DNA of 63,393 nucleotides, filler included, from Stramenopiles sp. TOSAG23-2 (taxonomy: Eukaryota), in the NCBI GenBank assembly GCA_900128395.1. It is 3 parts of 3 records of this genome, joined end to end, with 100 filler letters (N's around TTAATTAATTAA, not from the genome) between each part and the next. Parts side by side here need not be neighbours in the genome. Positions count along the whole stretch, not along the records: positions 21,240 to 42,311 come from LT649543.1; positions 42,412 to 63,393 come from LT649545.1; 1 more part is not named here. One strand, written 5' to 3'. The translations under genes and the position numbers were made by a program. Shown here in pieces: positions 33,301 to 45,171 of this stretch (position 1 is the first letter of the stretch; every line of letters starts with the position of its first letter). The notes below the pieces were generated by a model, which was not told the DNA's origin, did no database searches, and saw only the letters and a program-made list of their open reading frames with translations.

Positions 33301-34498
33301 TATTTGACGGTGAAATTAAATCACTATCTTCCTCTTGCACATGGCCAGTAACATTCATTGATAATAAACCTAATCTTTCCGTTAAATCATGATAATCCTT
33401 TATTGTATCGGCTTCACTTTTCTCCATTCTATATAAATGTTTGTATTCTACCACACCTTTTTTTGTAGCATAACCACTAGGAAATTTTTTCTTTGATCTT
33501 AATCCACGATATGGTAATCCAGGTTTTATAACAGGAACTTTACGATGTTTTCCTTTTTTATATTCTTCATATATTTGTTCTCTAGTTTTTGGTGCAGATG
33601 ATATTTTTGTTTTTAATGAATATTTATTATGATGATGACTATCGTTGCTGCTATTATTATTATTATGATTATTGACGGACGTGGAAATATGTTTTTTTCT
33701 ATTATTACGATGATTATTTCTCCTTCTATTTTTATTAAATTTTTTATTATTTAACGTTGGTACACTTGCACTAGCACGTATTAAATTTGGTAATTTATCA
33801 TTATTACTACTATTTATTGTAGTACTTTTACTACCAAATGACAAGGACTTGTTATTATTATTATTATTATTACTACTACCATATTTAAATTCTAAACGTT
33901 CACGTAATTGTGATAAACTTTCAGAAACACGCATACCACTATTAAAAGAATCATGGCCAGCAATTTCTGACCTACGAAGTGCTAATATTTGTTGTGCACG
34001 TGATCCAGGTACAGCATTTTTCTCTGATTGACTTAATAATAATTTACTTGAATATCTAGTTGGTATAGGTTTTGCTACATAATTAGTCAAACCGTCTCGC
34101 TTTTCATCATATATATGTTTCTTTCCGCGTTTTGAGATTGGACTTCTTCTATTTTGATTATCTAGTTCATGTTGTCTACGTTGTGTTGCACGGTCCATAG
34201 ATTGTTGGAAAGTATCCTCTACACCAATATGTTCCGGTATATCTGGTATATATCCTTCAATCGGTGGTGTTTTTGGCGGCATTATTGGATATTCTGGTTT
34301 TACATAATAATTTGATTTATCTTTTCCAACACGTTGATGCAACATTTTCCTTTCTTGTTCCCTACGTATAAACGAACGTTCTAATTGCTCTGGTTCCTCA
34401 TCTGCTTTTGTTAATTTTTCTGGAAATTTTAACTTCGAAATGGCAGGTGGTGATGCCAACATAGTAGTAGTTGTATTCGATCGACGATTCATTTGCAT
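30356..34498 (-). CDS. Large low-complexity (Asn/Ser-rich) hypothetical protein
   Basis: Open frame of more than 4 kb; first ATG at 34498; poly-N tracts; no confidently recognised domain. Confidence 0.8.
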   Translation of the reverse strand: MQMNRRSNTTTTMLASPPAISKLKFPEKLTKADEEPEQLERSFIRREQERKMLHQRVGKDKSNYYVKPEYPIMPPKTPPIEGYIPDIPEHIGVEDTFQQSMDRATQRRQHELDNQNRRSPISKRGKKHIYDEKRDGLTNYVAKPIPTRYSSKLLLSQSEKNAVPGSRAQQILALRRSEIAGHDSFNSGMRVSESLSQLRERLEFKYGSSNNNNNNNKSLSFGSKSTTINSSNNDKLPNLIRASASVPTLNNKKFNKNRRRNNHRNNRKKHISTSVNNHNNNNSSNDSHHHNKYSLKTKISSAPKTREQIYEEYKKGKHRKVPVIKPGLPYRGLRSKKKFPSGYATKKGVVEYKHLYRMEKSEADTIKDYHDLTERLGLLSMNVTGHVQEEDSDLISPSNNNNNNNNQNGHQAENNSSILQNQRNNSSIISNNNNKDGSGSSGLLYRNSAIPPSTIGERQRRNNNNKKSRHKMNSNYVKADPLSGSISRESSKGGGWWKNYDDGLLIGKDVNDSSFFDSEQDLNSSTSRPQSQGPFHFLFFDDKGREEMSRTPYERASFCPASPHGRRVYWEESVGHTVSLQMNGRAFSANHRPYSSSYILPPNTSKWGKQSEGSVYGPDIVETVVISAPSHDKLLVAPLADPRSRESMRDPSFQLSLNETVDPPSPPQRINTSDGIMQQYMDVPPPHSADPMMMAMSNDDNGNGYNNNSNNNDNNDDNTFLTSGGLKLVKNENSKERDPVDNNGKLSPTTAVIGPNNDLSLEQFKPAKLFDQASIVGWDARSEASDGRNSRPTSSGSLGLGNVPKNQKDAFDDHDGTSLSRIEEIEETNTLHEIKGRHRRSTKSKFCKLKMGIDVYVRLAQISGRQVTASEKVMYIPNGTTLLNMLNFLIKHFALNRNLIWAVEHLRPGSSVWTPIENNNEWQSTFSICSSMIQTSKRKVILRVRRHPESSGFVKKADGKVVNTPGSLQKIGGEPQRQSIREDVPTAMLSAKTFKKPKNNNDGGNDKNSSNNNNNNINNNSKNGEFDFEKDNTNSNQKFKQDVQVALGGNFDIDTLEKQPYNSNSSLQLQSPTSPVWDEMGNGTFDGWGSNLDYDGAFSNSYDGSKNNSAILHEKKSGSIMSKGSRKQNNYSLNAGGSSSSISNALYERMQHKRVSSEAKKVAYFLRSQRYIDSYEHHRDLAGRKPFYIPTNDPILDESFVSSKLNVKGGLSMLQMEEVAASPVWNRHASINRRSKKKKYPIRRLPSIKKMKQFQSSILKKYSIKERPRPKVKTVEDFEEDVKRSGMDERGKGGEETVIEVPPATTIIQQQQQQFSSSLPNNRRSMKHNFSFQTLYSSKKKNRQRLSMGFPTVEKKKEKRRHRRGNRGTKLFLTEEDEAF

Positions 34499-35377
34499 TG
34501 CAATTCTATCTATATATATTGTATCTATTTCTATTACCAAACAAATAAAAATAAAATAGATAAAAGAAGCGATGATTTACAACAATGCAACAAGATACTA
34601 TATGTGTTTCAGGAAGAAACAACAATAATTCTTGTTTTTACTAGTAATATATATCACAAATATAAATACATCATAATTTTAACTGATAGTTTCGATTTCG
34701 CGAACAGTGACTTTTGGGGCGTGTGTGCCTGCTATTTCTTGAGGATTAGTGCTATGAAAGTGCTATAGGCCAATAATCAATAATTGCCTATAGCTTTTTT
34801 TTGCATTTTGCATTTTTATTTGATTATGTTGATTGTTGTGATGATAGAAAAGCTATGAATCTCGTTAGTGATGATGCAGCTTGAAGCTGAAATCAATATA
34901 TATAGCGCATCCATTTTTATAGTGCTTTACACGAATACTCATGGACTTGCCTGGCTTCGGCAAACGAAAGAGTAAAACATTATGGGAACTCTTATTTTTT
35001 CTAAAAAAATTCAAATCAATGTGATAGAATAGTCAAGGAAAATAGAAACAAGAGGCTAAAAGTAAAACACAAGCATACGATTTTTGTAGAAAAATTAAAA
35101 AATTAAAAATTAAAAACACATTTCAAGATGCACCACGCACCGTATTAAATTTTGTACTTGGGAAGAAAAAACAAAAACAGTTTTGAACATGATGCATATG
35201 TGTATGTAAAAAATATATTGTTTTTTTGTCTTTTACGTTCGTACTTCCCCTCGGTACACAACAAATAAATTATACGACTTACATATATCAATATATATCT
35301 AAGTGTATTCAAAAAATGTTTCGTCTGATATATTTATTACATTATTTTATATATATATGTTCCTTTTTCTTTCCTTT

Positions 35378-36625
35378 CTATTTCTCGCCTTCTTCATTAA
35401 CTTTTACATCTTCTTCTTTCACATTTAAATCTACACGATAATTAATCGTTTTACCCCTAAAACGACTGTGATTGTTATCATATACAAAAATAACTTTACC
35501 AGGTTCATCAATAGTAAATTTGTAAATTTGTAAACCATCTTCTGCTTTTATTTTTAATGAATCATGTAATAATAATTTTTCCTCCTTCGTTTTATTAGTA
35601 GAACTACTACTAATAAATTTTGCAGCTAAAACAATACCATATGCTTCTACTTGTACATTCCATACCAGTTCACATGCTAATGGTATATCCATTTCGACAG
35701 TTTTATCTCTTCTACTTGAAACATGGATTTGTTCCATTTTATCATCACGTTTAGCTAATGGAACTAAGCTTGCTGGGCATTCTAATGTACCACCTAAAAA
35801 ATTTGGTACATTACCAATAGCATTAAAACGTTTCATAAATGGGCATTTTGTTACATCTTCTTTTTCTGTATCTTTTGCAGGGCAAAGTACTTGTTTATCC
35901 AAAGCAGACTGTGGCATGAAGATGGAAAATGTTTTATATAAGAAACGGAAATAGGATGGTGTATTAATCAAAATGGTTTTGCCAAGCAATTGTGGATAAT
36001 AAATTGCACTTAATTTTGAAGCTTCACCAAGGCATTTATAAAATCTTGAGTCTCCTCCAAAAATCGAAAAGTTTGCCATATCAATTACACTAATTTCCTT
36101 CGTGAGCAATCGCGTTTCACGTGTTTTTTTATCACATTCACGCCAAACTTTTTCTTTTGTATAATGTAACCAATCAACAACTTCATCATGTGTCATGGTA
36201 TTCATTAATCCTTTGATATCGCAATACCCGGTACGAACAACATAAATTGGTTCATTTCCAGGTGCTGGTAAGGAACCGGCATGTCCAACCGTATTGAAAC
36301 GTACCGCAATATCATGCTTTGGGCCAAAGCCTGTCTTTACTGAACTTTCAATTGTCTCACTATTTTCTTTACGCCATAATATAGTTTGTTTAACACAATC
36401 AGCTGCTTTTTCATAATCATCCTTATGTGTCAATACATATCGTAATAAAAAAATATCATCATATTGTTTTGTATCCATAGCTAATAATTCCTTATCAATT
36501 TTGCTTCGTAATTTTTGTATACTTTCTTTTTTATTTTTTAATAGTAAATCTACATTTGCACGCATGCCACCGCCTTTTGCAAAATTTGATATATCATTTT
36601 TCGTTGCTTCTGTTAATGTTGCCAT
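35378..36625 (-). CDS. SEC14-like protein (CRAL-TRIO + GOLD)
   Basis: DDIFLLRYV...TILWRKEN (CRAL-TRIO N), VIDMANFS, YYPQLLGKTILINTP; C-terminal PGKVIFVYDNNHSRFRGKTINY (GOLD). Confidence 0.9.
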   Translation of the reverse strand: MATLTEATKNDISNFAKGGGMRANVDLLLKNKKESIQKLRSKIDKELLAMDTKQYDDIFLLRYVLTHKDDYEKAADCVKQTILWRKENSETIESSVKTGFGPKHDIAVRFNTVGHAGSLPAPGNEPIYVVRTGYCDIKGLMNTMTHDEVVDWLHYTKEKVWRECDKKTRETRLLTKEISVIDMANFSIFGGDSRFYKCLGEASKLSAIYYPQLLGKTILINTPSYFRFLYKTFSIFMPQSALDKQVLCPAKDTEKEDVTKCPFMKRFNAIGNVPNFLGGTLECPASLVPLAKRDDKMEQIHVSSRRDKTVEMDIPLACELVWNVQVEAYGIVLAAKFISSSSTNKTKEEKLLLHDSLKIKAEDGLQIYKFTIDEPGKVIFVYDNNHSRFRGKTINYRVDLNVKEEDVKVNEEGEK

Positions 36626-37438
36626 TGTCGTTCTACAATAATAATTTATATATACCTTGGATATTTCTTTGTCGTATTAAAATTTCTTTTCTTTTTTTTT
36701 AATAATTATTTCTTCCTATCTATATAATTATTGTTCTGTTTCACCAAATATATCGTTTTATGATATCATGGTTATACATGCTTTTTCTACCCATAAATAT
36801 ATATTGTTTTTCTTTTTTTTTGTGAGTGTGAGTCATTCGTTTTGGTGTATCGAAGTTCTATTGGACCCTCTCGTATACTAATACAGTACATTTACTATCA
36901 AAATGAAGGATAGTTTTATACTTAAATATATTGTAATTGTGGTACAAAAAGGACTAGATACAAGGATGTTAATGGTAATCTCTTGGTAAATTTTATTTAA
37001 GGGTAAAAAACTTTTACAAATAAAATATTGATCTAAACACGATGCAATATACCTGTGTATTTAATTTATCTCCCTTATACCACCTCGTCAGTTTTCTAGT
37101 AAAATGTCAAAAACAAAAAAGTTAAAAAAATCTTAATCGAAGAAAAAGCTGGAAAGGTTAAGGTGCAACAAAGCAACCAACGAAGAGCGAGAAAAGTAGG
37201 CACGTATAGCACAACAAAAAAAAAAAGGAAAAAAAAGATATGCATATCTTTTGTTAAAGATAATATTAATATTATATTTACCTGTGGTTGATTTAGAAAA
37301 GAAAAAAGGCCAATACCATCCACTTCACTTCAAAATATAAAAACCAACAATATTAACCATTATTTCATCTTTTCATAACCTCGTTTATCAATCTCCAATC
37401 AGATACATCTCCAAAACATCTCTAAAAAAAAATAAATT

Positions 37439-39147
37439 ATGTCGGACAATGCTACTACTAATCAACAACAACAACAAATGTCTACTGTCCCAGATGAAGT
37501 CATTGTAGATGCAATTAAAAATCATGCAAATATATTTCATAATATAAATGCTACTGAAACATATGATAGTATATTAAATAATATTTCAGATTCTACCCGG
37601 TTTGTATTTTTAGGAGAATCTACACATGGTACGGAGGAATATTATCAATTTCGATCCAATATAACGAAATTATTGATGGAAAAGAAAGGATTTAATGTAT
37701 TGTGCATAGAAGGTGATTGGCCAAATGCAGATAATATTAGAAAATATATACGAACAGCAGACCATTCCAATTTTCAAAATGCCAATGACTTATTATTAAA
37801 TTCATTTCAATCGTTTCCAAAATGGATGTGGCAAAATGAAGTCTTTCGTGATTTAGTTGAATGGATGAAGCAAAGAAACAAAGCCATAAAAGAAGAGCAA
37901 AAGAATGGTGCTTTTATAGACGAAATTAATGTATATGGTCTAGACTTATATTCAATGTCTGAAAGTCAACAAAAATTAGAAGAATTTTTAGATATTGTTG
38001 ATCCAAATTTAGCAAAAAAAGCACGTGAGCGATATTCGTGTTTAAAAGAATTTGATGGACAACATCAAAAATATGGCCGTGCGGCGAATGGAAAATTAAA
38101 ACATTTAGTAGATGATATTCAAAAAAATTTAATGAAAACATTAACAGATGTACAATTTGGAAATCGTGAAAAAGAAACACAATATTGTTTACTTGGACCA
38201 GATGAACAATTATCCGCAGAACAGAATGCAGAAATTGTTGTTAATGGTGAAGAATATTATAGGAAATCACACAGTGATGATGGTGGTGGTGTAGTAACAT
38301 GGAATACACGTGATCAACATAGTATGTTTTTTATTACATATATACAAATATTCTTATTTAACGTACATATATTAATATATGTATGTATTAGTGTGTTTTT
38401 AACTAACAAAATTATTATGTATACACACACATATCATAATCATCGTTTTGACTATACTATTTGTTAGTGGTGCAAACGATGATGCGAATTGATAATTTTT
38501 TGGCGCAAAATATGATTTCTGGATTTCCTAAAATGATTATATGGGCACATAATAGCCATGTGGGAGATGTACGAGCTTCATCAATTGGTAAATATGAGTG
38601 GAACTTGGGACATATGATGCGTGCAACGTACGGGGTTAGTCAAACGCATATATTAACCTTTTCAACGAATGAAGGGACCGTTAGAGCAGCTCGTAATTGG
38701 GGGGAAGAGGATATAATAATGGAATTAAATCGTCCGATCAAAAGTTCTATAGCTGATTTGTTGAACAATGCATATTTGGTTAAAAAAGGGAAAGATAATG
38801 GAAATAACGATGATGGTGGTTTGATAATAAATTGGAGAACGGAATCATTAAAATTAAAACATACTGATGGTAATAATAGTGAAAATAGTAGTAGTACTAC
38901 ATTAGATTCAAGCAGCAATTTAACGACGGAAGAAAAAGTATTTAAATCAATGCTGGGACAACGCAAACAACGTTTTATCGGTGTTAGTTATCATAAAGAT
39001 AATGAAGTGAAAAGTCACTACTTAGACTGTAGCTTACCAATGCAATGCGATTGCCACGTTTTTATAAAAAAGACAAATGGTTTGGTAAAGTTAGGGAGTG
39101 GAAGTGGTGGTGGTGGTGGTGGTGGTAGTAGTAGCCGTAGAAAATAA
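37439..39147 (+). CDS. Erythromycin esterase (Ere)-family hydrolase, 2 exons (37439-38321, 38468-39147), 520 aa
   Basis: VFLGESTHGTEEYY, IEGDWP, FPKWMWQN, YGLDLYS, IIWAHNSHVGD. Removing intron 38322-38467 (GTATGT...TTAG, internal ACTAAC) restores WNTRDQHM in frame. Confidence 0.9.
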
Positions 39148-39345
39148 AAAAGGAGGAGATGTGTGCCTCTATCTAATAATTCGTAAAAAGATATTTTGTG
39201 CTGTAATATATTAAAAATAGTCTACACCCCGTGCGATGTACTTTCAAATTAAAACTTTATGCGTAAGTATTTTAGTCTTCTTGATATACTCTCTTAATAT
39301 ATATCAATTTTTTAAAAAATTAATTTTCTAATCCTCTTGCCTCTT

Positions 39346-40848
39346 TTAATCATCATCATCCTCATCGTCATCTGCACTACTACGACGATCTTTCTTCTTC
39401 TTCACATTGTTACCAGCATTTTTTGCCAATAATTTTGCTTTTAATTCCTCTCGTTGTTTTCGCATACGTTCAGCTAATTCTCTAACTTCTTTATCTTCCT
39501 CTTCGACGCTACGGGAAGGAGCTCTTCCTCTTTTTCTTAAATGTTCTTCCGTCATTTCATTTTCTTTTGCCAAAATCAATCGATTTGACTCGATCATTCT
39601 TTCCCACATTTTTTTTGATAATGCATCAAGTTGTGCAGAAAATTTATCCGTATTATTTTTTTTGCTTTTCTTGCTAACAAACGAACTAAACATGGACGAT
39701 AAACGACTAGACGATCGTTTATTTGTAGATGATTTTCCATCATCTGTTTCTTCACCTGATCCACTACTATCACTTTGCTTAGTATTATTATTAGCATCCG
39801 ACTTTAAATTATTATTATCGTTGGCAGTAGTTGTGGTAGAACTAACACTTGCATATTCAGTTGCTTGCACGAAAATATCTTTTAAATCAGCTCTACACAT
39901 TCCCCAACTACCACGAGCAAGTTCACCAAGTAATTGTGTACGCGACCATCTAGCATCACCCCAATATACATTTACGTAACATGGTGGATTATCCATTGAA
40001 TCGTAAAGTCTTTCATGATCTGATTTTGCAATTTTAGCTACTTCTTTCACATTAGTAGATCCAACCCACATGCCACCTTGGTTTCCAACGACACGTACAC
40101 TTTTTATGTTATTGATTTCGTCCGGGTGCGTTGCATGTAATGCACACATGGCAAAGCATTTAGTTTGATAACAAGGTCCACCTATAAAATGTTTCAATTT
40201 TACACCTGGTACAGTTTTACTTTTTTCTTTTAAATCCTCCGGGAAATCCTCTATATCTTCAATTTGCCTTGTTAAATTTATAGCAATAATTGTATCATCG
40301 CCCACTGATGAATTTTCCTTTTCAACATCAACAACTAACATAACAGCTTCTATCCAATGTGCCAAAGAACGAATTTGTCTAATATGAAAATTATTTCTTA
40401 ATGTCTCTGCCATTTCTTCGCTAGTTTCCTTCGTTGCTACTATGAAACAACCTGTAGCTAATAATGATGCTAATTCATCACCTGTGAAACTAGCCATCAT
40501 TTCAGCACGTGACGGTGGTGGAACACTAAACTCGCTTTTACAGACGTTGCAAATGAATTGCCGTTCATCCCTTTCGTAAAATGCTGGATGTGTTGGTTGC
40601 GATACTATCACACTTCGTTGCCACCGCCTTAAACATTCTAAATGTACCCATTTTTGACCACCTTTACAATTGCAAGGAGAGATTAATTTATCACCATCTT
40701 CATCCCCACAAAAACAATATCGACAAAGTGCTTCTTCCGTCGCATTATTGTCATTGTTATTATTATTATTCTCAGTTCCAACATTGTTATTATCATCATC
40801 ATCATCTTTCGTCTCCGTAACATCACTCATATCTTGTTTTGATGCCAT
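39346..40848 (-). CDS. RING-CH (RINGv) zinc finger fused to a DUF179/AlgH-like domain
   Basis: CRYC...PCNCKGGQKWVHLECLRRW...CNVCK (C4HC3 pattern). FIGGP and YWGDARWSRTQLLGELARGSW resemble the UPF0301 GGP and GYAGWxxxQLxxE...W motifs. Confidence 0.75.
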   Translation of the reverse strand: MASKQDMSDVTETKDDDDDNNNVGTENNNNNNDNNATEEALCRYCFCGDEDGDKLISPCNCKGGQKWVHLECLRRWQRSVIVSQPTHPAFYERDERQFICNVCKSEFSVPPPSRAEMMASFTGDELASLLATGCFIVATKETSEEMAETLRNNFHIRQIRSLAHWIEAVMLVVDVEKENSSVGDDTIIAINLTRQIEDIEDFPEDLKEKSKTVPGVKLKHFIGGPCYQTKCFAMCALHATHPDEINNIKSVRVVGNQGGMWVGSTNVKEVAKIAKSDHERLYDSMDNPPCYVNVYWGDARWSRTQLLGELARGSWGMCRADLKDIFVQATEYASVSSTTTTANDNNNLKSDANNNTKQSDSSGSGEETDDGKSSTNKRSSSRLSSMFSSFVSKKSKKNNTDKFSAQLDALSKKMWERMIESNRLILAKENEMTEEHLRKRGRAPSRSVEEEDKEVRELAERMRKQREELKAKLLAKNAGNNVKKKKDRRSSADDDEDDDD

Positions 40849-41304
40849 GTTGATGGTGGATGTATGGGGTGGTGGGGTAAGATATATATTTATATAATAT
40901 ATTCTGTATTGTTGTTGTTGTTGGGATTGTCTCTCAGTGAGTTTATATACTCGGTCCCTTCACACACTAATGGTGTCTCGTCTTCTACGTCTTGCTTCTC
41001 TCCTTTTAAAATGCAGCAAAAGGAGCGAAGCGTTATATAAGAGTAGAGTTTATGTATCTTACTCTCTGTTTAAATTATTACTGTATATTTATATATATAT
41101 ATATATTTATGCATGCATGTGTGTGTTTTGTTTTTTTAGTTCAACAACACGTGTTTTTTTGGGGTTTTGCGAACTTTTTCTTTCTTCCTCCTTCTTTGCA
41201 ACTTTCATAACACAAAAAAATTTGTAAGGCCTGTATCTATGCTATTGTTTTGTAAACACAGCATTAACATGGAAAAAACTTTCGAAATTAGAATACACTT
41301 GATA

Positions 41305-42311
41305 GAAAAATCGCTATACTCACGTTTTAAGTATATTGCCAAAAATATGTAAATTAGACTACAAAATTTATACTACGATTTTATAAAACCTCAAACACAC
41401 ATATTTTTGCCAATTTTATTTTCAATTTGAGAACTTCCGCTAAAGTGGGTACGAAAATAGAGAAATTTCATCAGATATATCAAATTTGCATTACGTCTCC
41501 AAACATCATTACTAACATTTTCAAGTCATATAAACTACCACATCCTTACTTCATATATATAACTTGTATCTCTAAACTCCAACCAAAGTAAATATTATAT
41601 TTACATGAAACGCTAGACCCAAAGTGAATTTTCACTAAAAAATGCACATTTTTTGACACTTTTATTAAGGTTTTACAAGCCTATTTAATATTACATTTAC
41701 ATGAAACGCTAGACCCAAAGTGAATTTTCATTGAAAAATGCACATTTTTGGACACTTTTATTAAGGTTTTACAAGCCTATTTCATACTAAGGGCACTTTG
41801 ACATGCAATTGAAACGTCATTAGTAAAGTATGTTCCTGACACTCAGTTGTCATCAACTTACTCTTAGGTTTGGCTCTATACAAGTATAAATGAGAATCGA
41901 ACCTACTTTTGTATCAATATTTTGATTGACTTAAGATATATTGTTTCGATTATACCCCATTTTGCAATGTATGTTAACATGCCTGAAAAAGGCCTAGAAT
42001 TCCAGATCGATTTTAAATCACAACAATTCTAACGGGAGCTAGAAATCATCAATTTAAACACGAATACTAAGGGCACTTTGACATGCAATTGAAACGTCAT
42101 TAGTAAAGTATGTTCCTGACACTCAGTTGTCATCAACTTACTCTTAGGTTTGACTTTACACATGTATAAATGAGAATTGAACATACTTTTGTAGTAATAT
42201 TTTAACCGACTGGAGATATATTGTATCAACTATACCCCATTTTGCAATGCATTCGCACATGCTTCAAAAAGGCCTAAAATTCCAGATTGATTTTCATTCA
42301 CAACAATTTGA
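41305..42311 (-). repeat. Diverged reverse-complement copy of the hAT-like element interior (~27110-27880), running into the gap
   Basis: e.g. 41801-41880 acatgcaattgaaacgtcattagtaaagtatgttcctgacactcagttgtcatcaacttactcttaggtttggctctata is the reverse complement of ~27273-27352. It carries its own 96-bp and 280-bp tandem duplications. Confidence 0.88.
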
Positions 42312-42411
42312 NNNNNNNNNNNNNNNNNNNNNNNNNNNNNNNNNNNNNNNNNNNNTTAATTAATTAANNNNNNNNNNNNNNNNNNNNNNNNNNNNNNNNN
42401 NNNNNNNNNNN
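42312..42411. other. Artificial contig spacer (N44 + TTAATTAATTAA + N44)
   Basis: Same structure as 21140-21239; 12-mer at 42356-42367. Confidence 0.97.
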
Positions 42412-42742
42412 CCATACTAGAGGGCTGGAAAAAAAAAGTTAAAAAAAAAAAAAAAAAATTTTTTTTCAGCCATCTTTAATGTAGATAACTCTAGACTATT
42501 ATTATATTATTTTTTTTTGTTGTTGTAGAAAAAGAAGATAAAAAGATAATAATAATATTAATATATATGTATTATATATAAATATTTATAGCACCTTTAT
42601 ATCGTAATAATATTAATATTATTATTATAAACAAAAAACCACCGTCACTGTATACGAAATTGTGTAAATTAGTTGGTGCAGAGTTTGCCTAGTTGTTTGT
42701 ATTCATGAATTGCAAGAAATATTTTCTGCAGTTTAAGCTAAT

Positions 42743-45171
42743 ATGAAAATTAAAAGTTCTTTAAGCGTACCGTTACTTTCGTCAGATGCAGCGGAGGAAG
42801 AAACTTCTGTACCAGTTCGAAAAGCAACGTTGCCAGGCAGCTTTGCAAAAGAACATGGAATACAACTAGACCGTAGCAGAAAACAACTTGTTTTCATGTC
42901 AATTGTTCTTGGAATTTTTTATGGCGTTGGCTGGATTTGTTCTGTTTATGACAGTAGTTATAACTATCAGTCTTGGTTAACTTTGTGGGGTTGCACTGTA
43001 GCTTTGGTTGCACTCGTTTTAGAATTTGAACCTTCCAACGTGTTTCTAGTATTAACCTCATTTTTCCTGCTTTTTGGTTTGATTAGCGCGAAAGATGCGT
43101 TGAGGGGCTTAGCATCTCCCGGCTTGATGGCAGTCGCGGCGATTCAACCTATAGCAAATATATTGAATGAATTTGGCACTATTGAAACAGTTTTAGGTGT
43201 ATTGCTAGGTAGGTCCGGTTCAGTGCATGCAAGCTTTATACGGATGTTGGCAACAATATCTATTCTCTCTGCTTTTTTATCAAATACAGCAGTAATATTG
43301 ATTTGTGTTCCCATTATACTCAAGTTTGCAAGTGATAATAATTTTCCAAAGGAAGTTTTTTTACTTCCTCTGAGTTATATTACTCTCCTCGGTGGTACGT
43401 GCACACTACTTGGCACATCAACTAATTTAATTATTAAAGAAATTTCAAAGGAAGATGTTGATATTGGAATGTTTACAATGTTACCGGTTGGTGGCGCTTC
43501 TGTAATTTTTGGCAGCATAGTCTTATATATAACCAAGGTATGTTCTAAGATTGACGTAGATACACAAAAAAATGATATCAGTGGAATAGCGAACAAAAGA
43601 CATTTTTTACCATACCATGTTACTTTTAAGTTATTACGTGGGACAAAGACGAACTTAAAGTCTTTGAATGATTTAAATTTTGATTCACTCTCGCATGACA
43701 ATGCTAAACCAGTTTTCGTCGAGATTTATGAAGATGGAAATCTTATTACAAAAGCAAGCAGTGAATTAGTAAGTGGCCAAGAAGTTAGTAAAACCGAAGA
43801 AGGCGCAAAATTTATATATGAACCAATAAGTAAACTTCTTAACAGAAAACTAAAAAGAAATGACGTTGTATGTTTTGCCTGCACAGCTAAGGGGGTTGCA
43901 TTGCTCCGGCGTTTAAAATATCTCATTATTGATGGAAAACGAAAGGACGAATGTTTGTTTGATACAGATCAATTGGCTCTACCAGGTAGAAAAAGCCGAA
44001 GATTATTTGAAATTATCCCTACGCCAAAATGTAGTTTGCTTCAATTGCCATACGGAAACAATAAAAGATTACAGGCAACTCTGTTGGGTAAATATCAATT
44101 CGTTGTGTTGGCTACAAGTAATATTAAAAATACTACTAATACTGCTGATAATAATGATGATGAAAATAAGGATGATGATAGCATAGTGTCTTCGAAAACG
44201 ACAAGCGATCCTATTATTACGACAGAGACTTTAATACTTGTTGAGGCAAGTAAAAATTTTCTAACACATATGCATACGAATTTTCCATTTGAATTTAAAA
44301 GTGGGAGAAAAATTTCTAATTCTGTACCACCTAGAGTAATGATATTTCGTGATCGAATAAAAAAAGTGGGATCATTATTTATATTTGCATTAATGCTTAT
44401 TCTAGTCATATGCGAAATATATCATGTATTTACAGCCGCCATATTGGCATTATCGTTTTGTGTTGGGATAAATTTGTTAAGTATCGATGATATTATTTCT
44501 TCTATAAACTTAAATATGATGATCACCCTGGTGTGTTCATTTAGCATGGCTGCTGCAATAGAGAATCATCGCGTCGACGAACCGCTCCAATACCTTTGTC
44601 TATCAATCGCAACGAATGAGACAGTGATGCTGACCATGTTGTATTTAGTGAGTACTATATTAACTAACATGATTAGTCCTAATGCTGCTGCCATATTATT
44701 GTGGAACATATTTTCATCCATTGCCGATGAAACAGGATACAGTAAAACTCGTATCGCGTTGGCATTGATGATGGGTTGTTCGAGTCCATTTTTAAGCCCA
44801 GTGGCATACCAGACAAACTGTAAGTAAATTTTCATCCTGGAATGATAATGTCAATTATTACCTATTATATTTTAACGAAGACCTACACTTCAATAATACC
44901 GAACAGTATCTAACAAAATTGATATATTTCATATGTATATTTCATATGTATATTTCATTAAAAAACATTTCATATATGTAAAACGCTTTGTTTACTCATA
45001 TTTTTTTGGCCTGTGCTCCATATATATTCCATCATCCAACTATATATAGTAATTGTTCAAGCAGCAAGTGACGGCAGATTAAAAAATGTAGATTTCGCTC
45101 GTGTTGGCTTACCATTAGTTTGTGTTTTAGCTATAATTATCCCACAGGTATTGTTGTTGGTATATGCATGA
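42743..45171 (+). CDS. SLC13/CitMHS-family (SLT-like Na+/sulfate or dicarboxylate) transporter, 2 exons (42743-44819, 45050-45171), 732 aa
   Basis: SAFLSNTAV, LGGTCTLLGTSTNL, TNMISPNAAA. Removing intron 44820-45049 (GTAAGT...TATAG) gives PVAYQTN-LIVQAASDGRLKNVDFARVGLPL, matching the family C-terminus; a large soluble central loop lies where SLT proteins carry TrkA-C domains. Confidence 0.88.

Noticed and set aside
39407-39979. 190-aa antisense ORF and the many other antisense/overlapping ORFs within long genes
   Set aside because: Shadow frames of low-complexity or codon-biased sense genes; no independent motifs.
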